A stretch of 64,000 bases of DNA. It comes from Escherichia phage moha. Shown here one piece after another: positions 44,725 to 52,686 of the stretch. The DNA is taken from the sequence record MN850590.1; one strand, written 5' to 3'. Numbering within the stretch: position 1 is the first letter of the stretch; each line of letters opens with the position of its first letter. A model generated the notes under the pieces. The model had not been told where the DNA came from, searched no databases, and saw only the letters and a list, made by a program, of their open reading frames with translations. Both the position numbers and the translations under genes were made by a program.

Positions 44725-45213
44725 ATGAATATATTTGAAATGCTTCGTAATGACGAAGGTCTTAGACTGACTTTATACAAAGACACTGAAGGCTTTTGGA
44801 CGATTGGCATTGGCCATTTAGTAACAAAGAATCCGTCTTTAGCCGTAGCTAAAGCTGAACTTGACAGAATGATCGGGCGTAAATGCAACGGTACAATTAC
44901 CCTTGATGAGGCTGAAAAGCTATTTAATGAAGACGTCGATAAAGCCGTTCGCGGAATCTTGGGTAATGCTAAACTTAAACCGGTATATGATTCTTTAGAT
45001 GCGGTTCGTCGATGTGCATTGGTCAATATGGTCTTCCAAATGGGTGTAGCAGGCGTCGCTGGTTTTACTAATTCTCTTCGTATGCTTCAACAGAAACGTT
45101 GGGATGAAGCGGCAGTAAATCTAGCCCAATCTAAATGGTATCGTCAGACACCTAATCGCGCGAAACGCGTAATCTCAACATTTAAAACAGGAACTTGGAA
45201 AGCGTATATATGA
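44725..45213 (+). CDS. e: endolysin (T4-type lysozyme)
   Basis: Translation [32 protein letters not shown]... is near-identical to T4 lysozyme; start taken at the ATG after a GGGAGG Shine-Dalgarno. Confidence 0.97.
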   Translation: MNIFEMLRNDEGLRLTLYKDTEGFWTIGIGHLVTKNPSLAVAKAELDRMIGRKCNGTITLDEAEKLFNEDVDKAVRGILGNAKLKPVYDSLDAVRRCALVNMVFQMGVAGVAGFTNSLRMLQQKRWDEAAVNLAQSKWYRQTPNRAKRVISTFKTGTWKAYI

Positions 45214-45491
45214 AAACATATAGTGAATTTTTATCAGAATCTATTCTTAACGAAGCTACTGACACATTTGCAACTAAGCTAGGTGCAGCTTTGGTTGAAG
45301 CCGAAAGTCTATTAGCACGTATTTCTGAACTTGCTAGTAAGATAGATACTCGCAAATTTGAACGTACCAGCGATATCGCTAAGCTTGAAGCCTTGTTACG
45401 TATGTGCGATAAACCGGACGAAATCGCTAAGAATGGCTCGCTAATGAAACAACGTCTTGAAAAATATATTTCAGGCGCTTCAGAAAAATAG
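45210..45491 (+). CDS. internal-protein-like protein with capsid-targeting leader (93 aa)
   Basis: Starts [10 protein letters not shown]; ATGA overlap with the e stop. Confidence 0.6.
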   Translation: MKTYSEFLSESILNEATDTFATKLGAALVEAESLLARISELASKIDTRKFERTSDIAKLEALLRMCDKPDEIAKNGSLMKQRLEKYISGASEK

Positions 45492-45492
45492 T

Positions 45493-45546
45493 GTTTACTT
45501 CCTCCAAGGACTTTGATACTATACATTCATCAACTACTTGGAGGAA
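45493..45546 (+). promoter_or_regulatory. early-type promoter with a Shine-Dalgarno-sequestering inverted repeat, upstream of denV
   Basis: GTTTAC, then left arm TTCCTCCAAG (45499-45508), TG-a-TACTAT -10, and right arm CTTGGAGGAA (45537-45546) containing the GGAGG Shine-Dalgarno. Confidence 0.6.
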
Positions 45547-45549
45547 ATT

Positions 45550-45963
45550 ATGACCCGTATCAATTTAACACTTGTTTCTGAACTGACCGACCAACATCTT
45601 ATGGCTGAGTATCGTGAATTACCACGCGTATTTGGTGCAGTCCGTAAACATGTTCAAAACGGTAAACGTGTAAAGGATTTTAAAATCTCTCCAACATTTA
45701 TCTTAGGCACAGGTCACGTAACATTCTTTTACGACAAACTCGAATTTTTACGTTTACGTCAAATCGAGCTAATCGCTGAATGCTTGAAACGTGGTTTCAA
45801 AATCAAGGACACGACTGTCCAGGATATTTCCGACATTCCTGTAGAATTTCGTAATAATTATGTCCCGTCCGAAGCGTCCATTGCGATAAGTCAAGCACGC
45901 TTAGATGAAAAAATTGCTCAACGTCCGACTTGGTACAAATACTATGGTAAATCAATTTACTAA
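45550..45963 (+). CDS. denV: endonuclease V (pyrimidine dimer DNA glycosylase)
   Basis: Translation [34 protein letters not shown]... is near-identical to T4 endonuclease V; 137 aa. Confidence 0.95.
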   Translation: MTRINLTLVSELTDQHLMAEYRELPRVFGAVRKHVQNGKRVKDFKISPTFILGTGHVTFFYDKLEFLRLRQIELIAECLKRGFKIKDTTVQDISDIPVEFRNNYVPSEASIAISQARLDEKIAQRPTWYKYYGKSIY

Positions 45964-45969
45964 GGAAAA

Positions 45970-46230
45970 ATGAAAATGTATCAAGAATTTATCATTGAAG
46001 CAGATGCCAAAGGTCCTAAATTTAAAGTTAAAGCTTTCATTGGTGATGCGGAAGACTTTGGCTCATTAAAACGTAATGGGTATTTTTTCTTAGGTGGCGA
46101 TGGTAAAGAAATCAACACCTATGCAAAACGTAGTGAAATTGCTTATGTTGTAGCAAGTCCTAAAGTAGATGTTGACGATATTGGATACGATTTTAACAAC
46201 TTCGGAATTATTTCTGGCGGTAAAGCTTAA
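45970..46230 (+). CDS. internal-protein-like protein with capsid-targeting leader (86 aa)
   Basis: Starts MKMYQEFIIE. Confidence 0.55.
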   Translation: MKMYQEFIIEADAKGPKFKVKAFIGDAEDFGSLKRNGYFFLGGDGKEINTYAKRSEIAYVVASPKVDVDDIGYDFNNFGIISGGKA

Positions 46231-46233
46231 ATT

Positions 46234-46263
46234 GTTTACGCTTAAGTATTAATATGGTATAAT
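46234..46263 (+). promoter_or_regulatory. early-type promoter (GTTTAC, 18 bp, TG-g-TATAAT)
   Basis: Near-consensus extended -10 followed by the CTATCAAAACAAA leader. Confidence 0.6.
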
Positions 46264-46294
46264 TACTCTATCAAAACAAACAAGGAAACAAAAA

Positions 46295-46873
46295 ATGAAA
46301 ACATATAAAGAATTTATCGCCGAGGCCTTTGCAGGAAAAGCTCAAGGCATTAATAAGGACGAGTGGAATTATCGTGGCGGAAACGGCTTTGACCCTAAAA
46401 CTGCTCCACTTGAACGATATCTAGCCACAAAGGCTTCTGATTTTAAAGCCTTCGCTTGGGAAGGACTTCGCTGGCGTAACGATTTAAATATTGAAGTTGA
46501 CGGACTTAAATTTGCTCATATTGAAGATGTTGTTGCTAGTAACTTAGACGCAGCTTTTGTTAAAGCCGACAGTGACCTTCGTCGCTGGAATTTAAAACTG
46601 TTCTCTAAACAAAAAGGCCCGAAGTTTGTGCCTAAAGCAGGTAAATGGGTTATTGATAATAAATTAGCTAAGGCTGTCAACTACGCCGGTCTTGAATTTG
46701 CCAAGCATAAATCATCATGGAAAGGTCTTGATGCAATGGCTTTCCGTAAAGAATTTGCCGATGTTATGGCTAAAGGCGGCTTTAAGGCAGAAATAGATAC
46801 CTCTAAAGGTACGTTTAAGGACGCTAATGTTCAGTATGCTTACGCCGTTGCTAATGCGGCCCGTGGTAATTAA
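46295..46873 (+). CDS. internal protein III-like protein with capsid-targeting leader (192 aa)
   Basis: Starts MKTYKEFIAEA; similar in size to T4 IPIII (194 aa). Confidence 0.65.
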   Translation: MKTYKEFIAEAFAGKAQGINKDEWNYRGGNGFDPKTAPLERYLATKASDFKAFAWEGLRWRNDLNIEVDGLKFAHIEDVVASNLDAAFVKADSDLRRWNLKLFSKQKGPKFVPKAGKWVIDNKLAKAVNYAGLEFAKHKSSWKGLDAMAFRKEFADVMAKGGFKAEIDTSKGTFKDANVQYAYAVANAARGN

Positions 46874-46875
46874 TA

Positions 46876-46897
46876 AGGCCTAAGTATAGGCCTATTT
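46876..46897 (+). terminator. hairpin, putative weak terminator
   Basis: AGGCCTA-agta-TAGGCCT followed by ATTT. Confidence 0.35.
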
Positions 46898-47051
46898 ACA
46901 TTCAAATAAAATGGGAACAACCTGGACCTCATGATTCTATGAGGGATTCCCGCCAACCTGTAATAAGGTCGAGCCCAAGTGCGGTAATGGGTAAATACAG
47001 AAATGGACAATTCATGCGCCATGGAATGGCCCAACCTAAAAGAGAAACTAA

Positions 47052-47591
47052 ATGAGAACATTTTTAACCGGTCCTTATCTATCCCTGATGAATGCTTTTA
47101 CACACCATTCTGATGCTAGAGTAGAAGAAATTTGTAAGAACGGTTATGTCCCACCATTTGAAGACGTACTCAAGCAGTACTGTACACTTCGTTTAGACGG
47201 CGGCAGACAATCAGGTAAATCAATTGCTGTGACTAACTTTGCTGCTAATTGGCTGTATGATGGCGGAACAGTTATTGTTCTTTCTAATACTTCAGCTTAT
47301 GCTAAAATTTCTGCTGGCAACATTAAAAAAGAATTTTCTCGTTATTCTAGCGATGATATTCGATTCCGTTTATTTACTGATTCTGTTCGTAGTTTTATTG
47401 GCAATGAAGGTTCTAAATTCCGTGGATTAACGCTTTCTCGTATTCTGTATATAATTGACGAGCCTATTAAAGCTCCTGATATGGATAAGATTTACAATGT
47501 CCACATTAAAACAGTACAGCACTGCTGCAAAAGCAAATATTGCATCAGCGGTAATGCTCGTCCTCAATTTTTTGTGATTGGAATGCAATGA
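47052..47591 (+). CDS. P-loop NTPase-like hypothetical protein (179 aa)
   Basis: Walker A-like GGRQSGKS and Walker B-like ILYIIDEP. Confidence 0.5.
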   Translation: MRTFLTGPYLSLMNAFTHHSDARVEEICKNGYVPPFEDVLKQYCTLRLDGGRQSGKSIAVTNFAANWLYDGGTVIVLSNTSAYAKISAGNIKKEFSRYSSDDIRFRLFTDSVRSFIGNEGSKFRGLTLSRILYIIDEPIKAPDMDKIYNVHIKTVQHCCKSKYCISGNARPQFFVIGMQ

Positions 47592-47896
47592 TGACCACTA
47601 TTGAAGTTTTTGAGTATTGTTATAACAGCCCAGTATGCAATAAAAGGGCTCTTGTAGAAAATTATGAGATTTACCATTTTAAACCTAAACGATATCGTTT
47701 GACTAAAGGTCCGTTCGCAGGGCAGCAGGTTCTTTGTACTGCTCCTAATGCACGGTTGATGACTAGTATTCCGCATTTCAAAATGGAATTTATTGATGGG
47801 CCATTTAAGGGATTAATCACTCAAAGTTTAATGGCATTTAATTCCGACCCATTTTTGATTAAAGAAAAATCTTGGATAAATTTATTTTCTAATTGA
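47588..47896 (+). CDS. hypothetical protein (102 aa)
   Basis: ORF with start overlapping the upstream stop. Confidence 0.5.
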   Translation: MMTTIEVFEYCYNSPVCNKRALVENYEIYHFKPKRYRLTKGPFAGQQVLCTAPNARLMTSIPHFKMEFIDGPFKGLITQSLMAFNSDPFLIKEKSWINLFSN

Positions 47897-47902
47897 GGTT
47901 AT

Positions 47903-48265
47903 ATGAAAGCATATCAAATTCTTGAAGGTGCACATAAAGGCACTATTTATTTTGAAGACGGTACTCAAGCCCGGATTATTGTCTCTAAGACTTTTAAAGA
48001 AGACGCTATTGTAGACCCGGAAATTTTCTACGGTTTGAATGCCCGTGAAATTGAAATTGAACATCAACCTAAAGTTAAAATTGAAGGTGGTCAACACCTG
48101 AACGTTAACGTTCTGCGTCGCGAAACTCTGGAAGATGCAGTTAAGCATCCGGAAAAATATCCGCAGCTGACCATTCGTGTATCCGGTTATGCAGTTCGCT
48201 TTAACTCTCTGACTCCGGAACAGCAGCGCGACGTTATCGCTCGTACCTTTACTGAGAGTCTATAA
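47903..48265 (+). CDS. GrcA/YfiD-like autonomous glycyl radical cofactor
   Basis: 120-aa ORF with the glycyl-radical motif RVSGYAV near the C-terminus; the C-terminal roughly 60 codons are GC-rich with host-like codon choice. Confidence 0.8.
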   Translation: MKAYQILEGAHKGTIYFEDGTQARIIVSKTFKEDAIVDPEIFYGLNAREIEIEHQPKVKIEGGQHLNVNVLRRETLEDAVKHPEKYPQLTIRVSGYAVRFNSLTPEQQRDVIARTFTESL

Positions 48266-48489
48266 TGGCTAAATTGATTATAGAAGGGTCTGAAGATGTT
48301 TTAAAATGTTTTGCCGCCTGGTTTAGTTGCTCAGGCGAGCAATCATTCACTGAAGCATTTAGAATGGGTGATATTACTGGAAACTATCCGACAACTGATA
48401 TCACTGTACGTGGATATGGTATTAATGAGCCTATCCAATTGGTCGAATATGACCTTGCCACCGATGAGGAAATTCCTTATGTCGATTGA
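48265..48489 (+). CDS. hypothetical protein (74 aa)
   Basis: TAATG overlap with the upstream gene. Confidence 0.5.
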   Translation: MAKLIIEGSEDVLKCFAAWFSCSGEQSFTEAFRMGDITGNYPTTDITVRGYGINEPIQLVEYDLATDEEIPYVD

Positions 48490-48745
48490 AGATATTAAAG
48501 GTTACAAACCGCACACCGATGACAAAATCGGTAAAGTGAACGCTATTAAAGATGCCGAAGTCCGTCTTGGATTGTTGTTTGATGCTCTGATTGAAGAAGC
48601 ATATATCTTGAAAGAAAATGAAACAGAGCAACAAACCAAAGAAGATATGGATGCAGTGCAGGCTCTTAAGTATGCTAAGCAACATCTAAAAGAAGCCAGC
48701 ATGTGGGCATGCCGTGCAGTATTTCGACCTGAGGAAAAATACTAG
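48479..48745 (+). CDS. hypothetical protein (88 aa)
   Basis: Start taken at the ATG overlapping the upstream stop; the longer ORF-track frame from 48311 is probably not translated. Confidence 0.45.
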   Translation: MSIEDIKGYKPHTDDKIGKVNAIKDAEVRLGLLFDALIEEAYILKENETEQQTKEDMDAVQALKYAKQHLKEASMWACRAVFRPEEKY

Positions 48746-48954
48746 TGAAAATTGAAAGTTTGCAAGAATTCCAACGTATCATTAGCGAAGCCTGTACCGG
48801 TTACCACAAATATTTGCTCGATGACCAGGTTGCTTGTCTTGAAGAAGGCGAAATGCAGTACGCTGTCCAGCGCCTTGAACAAGTGAAAGAGTTTTATCCT
48901 GCAATGGTAGAAATTTGTTCGATAGCTGGAAAACTCACACCATTCCAAGAATAA
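48745..48954 (+). CDS. hypothetical protein (69 aa, GTG start)
   Basis: GTG start preceded by GAGGAAAAA. Confidence 0.4.
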   Translation: MKIESLQEFQRIISEACTGYHKYLLDDQVACLEEGEMQYAVQRLEQVKEFYPAMVEICSIAGKLTPFQE

Positions 48955-48958
48955 AGTA

Positions 48959-49009
48959 GTTTACTTCTCCTCTAGTTGTGTTACTATAGACCTGTCAACT
49001 AGAGGAGAA
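48959..49009 (+). promoter_or_regulatory. early-type promoter with a 14-bp Shine-Dalgarno-sequestering inverted repeat, upstream of regB
   Basis: GTTTAC, left arm TTCTCCTCTAGTTG (48965-48978), TG-t-TACTAT -10, right arm CAACTAGAGGAGAA (48996-49009). Confidence 0.65.
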
Positions 49010-49015
49010 ATCAAA

Positions 49016-49474
49016 ATGACTATCAATTCAGACGTTTTTATCCGCCGTAATAAACTCCGTCGAATCTTTGAAACGGAGTTCCGCAAAATAAATGCCAGTA
49101 TAAAAGATGCTGCAAAGTCTCTTGGACTACCAGGCTTTCATATCAAGTATTCTCAACATCTCTTAGATCGTGCCATCCAGAGAGAAATAGATGAGAATTA
49201 CGTTTTTGAATTATTTCATAAAGTAAAAAATCATGTTAAAGAAGTTGCAGAATTTTTATCAATGCCGGCACGTCCAGATGTTGATGAAGATTTTGTCGAA
49301 GGTGTCGAATATCGCCCAGGCCGTTTAGAAATAACTGACGGAAATCTTTGGTTAGGACTTACAGTTTGTCGCGAAAATCCGGCATTCAAAATGAAGACTC
49401 TTCAATGTAGAATGGCTATTATTAACAGTAAACGACTACCAGGAAAAGCTTCTAAAGCAGTGATTAAAATCTAG
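49016..49474 (+). CDS. regB: RegB endoribonuclease
   Basis: 152-aa ORF (T4 RegB is 153 aa) recognisable as RegB, located between denV and tk. Confidence 0.8.
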   Translation: MTINSDVFIRRNKLRRIFETEFRKINASIKDAAKSLGLPGFHIKYSQHLLDRAIQREIDENYVFELFHKVKNHVKEVAEFLSMPARPDVDEDFVEGVEYRPGRLEITDGNLWLGLTVCRENPAFKMKTLQCRMAIINSKRLPGKASKAVIKI

Positions 49475-49482
49475 AGGTAAAC

Positions 49483-50025
49483 ATGAGAAAAGCACTACTC
49501 GCTGGTCTATTTGCTCTTTCATTATCAGCACATAGCTCCGAGCATACTTTTAGTAATGTCCAACTCGATAACTTGAATTATGCTTATCAGTTTGGGGAAC
49601 AGTTTTCTAAGGATGGAAAATTTAAAACGCATGAAAATATGCATAAGAAAGGACTTGGATACATAATGGCCGCAATACTATGGCAGGAATCATCTGCCGG
49701 TATTAATCTTAAAGATAAGAAAGGTCACCATGCGTATGGAATGTTCCAAAATTATCTACCGACAATGAGGGCAAGAATTAACCAGCTTGGTTATAATATG
49801 ACTGATGCCCAAATTAAGAAAATGCTATCTAAGCGGTCTAATTCAGCCAGATGGGCTTATATCGAATTTTCTTATTGGTTAAATATACATAACGGGGATA
49901 TAAGAAAAGCTATATCCTCATATAATGCGGGATGGAAGACAAGTGCCGGAAGTAAATATGCTTCTGAAGTCCTAGAAAAGGCTAATTACCTTAAATCAAA
50001 TAAACTACTGGAAATAAAAGAATGA
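49483..50025 (+). CDS. secreted lytic transglycosylase (SLT-domain)-like protein (180 aa)
   Basis: N-terminal signal peptide (MRKALLAGLFALSLSAHS) and SLT-like motifs (WQESSAG, GMFQ, YNAGW). Confidence 0.55.
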   Translation: MRKALLAGLFALSLSAHSSEHTFSNVQLDNLNYAYQFGEQFSKDGKFKTHENMHKKGLGYIMAAILWQESSAGINLKDKKGHHAYGMFQNYLPTMRARINQLGYNMTDAQIKKMLSKRSNSARWAYIEFSYWLNIHNGDIRKAISSYNAGWKTSAGSKYASEVLEKANYLKSNKLLEIKE

Positions 50026-50369
50026 CCAAAATGTTGGCTTTAATAGTTGGCTTGGTTTCATTTAATGCTCTTGCTAATACTACATATACTGATGTAACGG
50101 AGTATACAAACAGAACGGCGTCTGATTATTGTGGTAAAAGTCAAGAGTGTAAAGTAGATTTTTCACAAAAATTGTTATATGCGTATAAAGACGGAGAAAA
50201 AGACGGGGCGTCTAGTAGGTTCAAGGCGTCTACCTTAATTAAAAGATACTATAAAAAATGGCAAATATTAGAATGCTCGGTGGCGGAACCTAAAGATAAG
50301 GCAGCATGCAATTCTATGGTGGACCGTCTAGTTGACTCTTATAATAGAGGACTTGCAGCAAGTGATTAA
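50022..50369 (+). CDS. secreted hypothetical protein (115 aa)
   Basis: Signal peptide (MTKMLALIVGLVSFNALA) and four cysteines; ATGA overlap with the SLT-like gene. Confidence 0.55.
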   Translation: MTKMLALIVGLVSFNALANTTYTDVTEYTNRTASDYCGKSQECKVDFSQKLLYAYKDGEKDGASSRFKASTLIKRYYKKWQILECSVAEPKDKAACNSMVDRLVDSYNRGLAASD

Positions 50370-50826
50370 AAACTATATCAAGGGCGATATTGTCGCCCTG
50401 TTTTCTAAAGGTAATAATATTGCTCATGGGTGTAATTGTTTTCATACAATGGGCGCGGGTGTGGCAGGACAATTAGCAAAGGCTTATCCAAAAATTCTGG
50501 AAGCCGATAAACTTCAAACCGAATTCGGAGACGAGTCTAAACTCGGGACTTATTCGGTTTATGAAAAATATTTTAAGACCCATAAAGCTTATTGCTTTAA
50601 TCTTTATACACAGTTTGAGCCGGGACCTAATTTTGAGTACTCTGCTTTAATGAATTGTATAATAGAATTAAATGAATTCGGAAAGAATAAGATAACAAAG
50701 CCTGTAATTTATATGCCAAGAATTGGTGCAGGTATTGGTGGTGGAAACTGGGATGTCATCGAAGAGATTTTAGATACGTATTCCACTAAACTAGAAATTG
50801 TGATTGTTGATTGGGAACCTAAATGA
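50362..50826 (+). CDS. macro domain (ADP-ribose binding/hydrolase) protein
   Basis: Motifs KGDIVALF, IAHGCNCFHTMGAGVAGQL and PRIGAGIGGG. Start is uncertain: GTG at 50362 lies 10 nt after a TAGAGGA Shine-Dalgarno, and the ORF-track start at 50332 is a TTG. Confidence 0.65.
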   Translation: MIKNYIKGDIVALFSKGNNIAHGCNCFHTMGAGVAGQLAKAYPKILEADKLQTEFGDESKLGTYSVYEKYFKTHKAYCFNLYTQFEPGPNFEYSALMNCIIELNEFGKNKITKPVIYMPRIGAGIGGGNWDVIEEILDTYSTKLEIVIVDWEPK

Positions 50827-51005
50827 AATTAACTAAAGAAGAGAAAGCTAAACTGTTCGAACTTATCCATGACCTATTGGATGAACAAGCAGCCACCAAT
50901 GCGTATGATGAATATGCTCCTTTAACAGATGAAGAATATCAAGCATTGATGGAATCATTTGACAGGAAAGAACAAGAACTCATTGACTACGTGAATTCAC
51001 TATAA
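50823..51005 (+). CDS. hypothetical small acidic protein (60 aa)
   Basis: ORF with start overlapping the upstream stop. Confidence 0.45.
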   Translation: MKLTKEEKAKLFELIHDLLDEQAATNAYDEYAPLTDEEYQALMESFDRKEQELIDYVNSL

Positions 51006-51014
51006 GGGACTCTT

Positions 51015-51596
51015 ATGGCTAGTTTAATTTTTACCTATGCCGCTATGAACGCTGGTAAGTCTGCTTCATTACTTACTGCCGCACATAACTATAAAGAACG
51101 TGGCATGGGTGTATTAGTTCTTAAACCGGCTATTGATACTCGCGATTCAAAAGGTGAAATAGTCTCTCGTATTGGTATTCGTCAGGACGCCAATATAATT
51201 ACAAAAGACATGGATATCTTTGAATTTTATAAATGGGCTGCAGCACAAAAGGATATTCACTGCGTATTTGTTGACGAAGCTCAGTTCTTAACTACTGAAA
51301 AGGTGTATCAACTTAGTCGTATTGTTGACGTATACAATGTGCCGGTAATGGCATATGGACTACGAACAGATTTTAAAGGTAATCTATTTGAAGGTTCTCA
51401 AGCATTAATGGCTATTGCCGATAAGCTTGTTGAACTTAAAGGTGTCTGTCATTGTGGTAAAAAGGCCACAATGGTAGCTAGAGTCACGGAAGACGGACTT
51501 CCAATTACAGATGGCAGTCAAATTGAAATTGGTGATACCGATAGATATGTGTCATTATGCCGGAAGCATTGGAACGATTTGACAGGGTTGTTATAA
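51015..51596 (+). CDS. tk: thymidine kinase
   Basis: 193-aa ORF with a P-loop (AAMNAGKSASL) and a C-terminal CHCGKKA zinc motif; recognisable as T4 Tk and the same length. Confidence 0.93.
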   Translation: MASLIFTYAAMNAGKSASLLTAAHNYKERGMGVLVLKPAIDTRDSKGEIVSRIGIRQDANIITKDMDIFEFYKWAAAQKDIHCVFVDEAQFLTTEKVYQLSRIVDVYNVPVMAYGLRTDFKGNLFEGSQALMAIADKLVELKGVCHCGKKATMVARVTEDGLPITDGSQIEIGDTDRYVSLCRKHWNDLTGLL

Positions 51597-51623
51597 ATAC
51601 TAATATCTAACCAAGAGGTATAT

Positions 51624-51836
51624 ATGCAGCAATTAAACGAAAGACAACTTCGTAATCTTACTGTAACCCAATTGGATGAAATCCGAAGAGAATTAGGACA
51701 TTCTATTTCTCATTTAAACGAGGATATCCGTCAAACTGGTTCTAAAGCTGATTATACACGCAAGCGCAAGCTGGAAAAATACCTCACAGATGTTAAGGCC
51801 GTCCAAAGGCGAAAAATAAATACTGGCCAAAATTAA
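51624..51836 (+). CDS. hypothetical protein (70 aa)
   Basis: ORF after an AAGAGG Shine-Dalgarno. Confidence 0.5.
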   Translation: MQQLNERQLRNLTVTQLDEIRRELGHSISHLNEDIRQTGSKADYTRKRKLEKYLTDVKAVQRRKINTGQN

Positions 51837-51848
51837 CAGGAGGCCTAT

Positions 51849-52151
51849 ATGGCCTTAAGAGCGATAGCTGTCATAGCGATGCTGGGGTTTTTTGCAGCAA
51901 CAACTCCTATCGTTGGTACTGCACATATCGACCCATATTTTGATAACTTTATGGAATCAGGGATTAAAAACGTATATACTTTGTTTGAAATTCAAAATGT
52001 CGAGAATTCTGAAAAATTCTATAAGTATATGGCAAAGCATTACAAAAATAGCCCCTGTGATGATGCATTTGAATGTTATGAACAAGGCATAAAAACTGCC
52101 AGACAATTTGCCGAGTTCATGAAAATAAAATTAGAGCCTACATCTATCTAA
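51849..52151 (+). CDS. rI: lysis inhibition regulator RI (antiholin)
   Basis: 100-aa ORF with an N-terminal signal-anchor and conserved DPYFDNFMESGI...FEC pattern; recognisable as T4 RI. Confidence 0.75.
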   Translation: MALRAIAVIAMLGFFAATTPIVGTAHIDPYFDNFMESGIKNVYTLFEIQNVENSEKFYKYMAKHYKNSPCDDAFECYEQGIKTARQFAEFMKIKLEPTSI

Positions 52152-52156
52152 TTTAC

Positions 52157-52190
52157 TAGCCCCTTCCGAAAGGTCGGGGCTTTTTGGCAT
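52157..52190 (+). terminator. rho-independent terminator (exact copy of the 34-nt element at 36945)
   Basis: TAGCCCCTTCCGAAAGGTCGGGGCTTTTTGGCAT. Confidence 0.8.
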
Positions 52191-52196
52191 CTATCA

Positions 52197-52248
52197 GTTT
52201 ACTTCTCCTCAGGTTGTGTTATAGTAAACCTTACTTACTAGAGGAGAA
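52197..52248 (+). promoter_or_regulatory. early-type promoter with a Shine-Dalgarno-complementary upstream arm
   Basis: GTTTAC, then TTCTCCTC..., TG-t-TATAGT, and ...GAGGAGAA. Confidence 0.55.
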
Positions 52249-52252
52249 CGTT

Positions 52253-52432
52253 ATGTCACGTAAAGAAAAAATTTCTAAGTTAATGTTTTTGATTGAAGAG
52301 TACGCTAATGCGGTATCTGATTGGGAAAATGCTCATGGTTGCGAAGATGGAGACATCGACATTAACAGAGCTATGAAAAAGATGGCTGACACCCACACCG
52401 AATTGCAAATGTATGTTAACGAGATTATGTGA
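52253..52432 (+). CDS. hypothetical small protein (59 aa)
   Basis: ATG after GAGGAGAACG; the ORF track start (52184) would precede the promoter. Confidence 0.45.
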   Translation: MSRKEKISKLMFLIEEYANAVSDWENAHGCEDGDIDINRAMKKMADTHTELQMYVNEIM

Positions 52433-52439
52433 GGATATT

Positions 52440-52649
52440 ATGCTTTACGATTATACTGGAAAATCTGAAGACGGTGTACTTGAACTTTTACCTGAAAGCG
52501 CTGAAGATGACGATATGGCGATGGTGATGTTTTGTAAAAATGGTCCTGGGGATAAGGGATGGATTTATCTTCGTCAAGAAAATGACTTAATTGTTTTGGA
52601 CCCTAAACAAGTTGAAGAGCTTTATCAACATTTAAAACACAATCGGTAG
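52440..52649 (+). CDS. hypothetical small acidic protein (69 aa)
   Basis: ATG after a GAGGA Shine-Dalgarno. Confidence 0.45.
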   Translation: MLYDYTGKSEDGVLELLPESAEDDDMAMVMFCKNGPGDKGWIYLRQENDLIVLDPKQVEELYQHLKHNR

Positions 52650-52686
52650 TTTACAACTTGATAGGACTATGTTATAGTAGTCCTAT
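52649..52686 (+). promoter_or_regulatory. PeSL-type cassette, copy 4
   Basis: GTTTAC, then GATAGGACTA-tgttatag-TAGTCCTATC; identical to copy 1. Confidence 0.65.
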
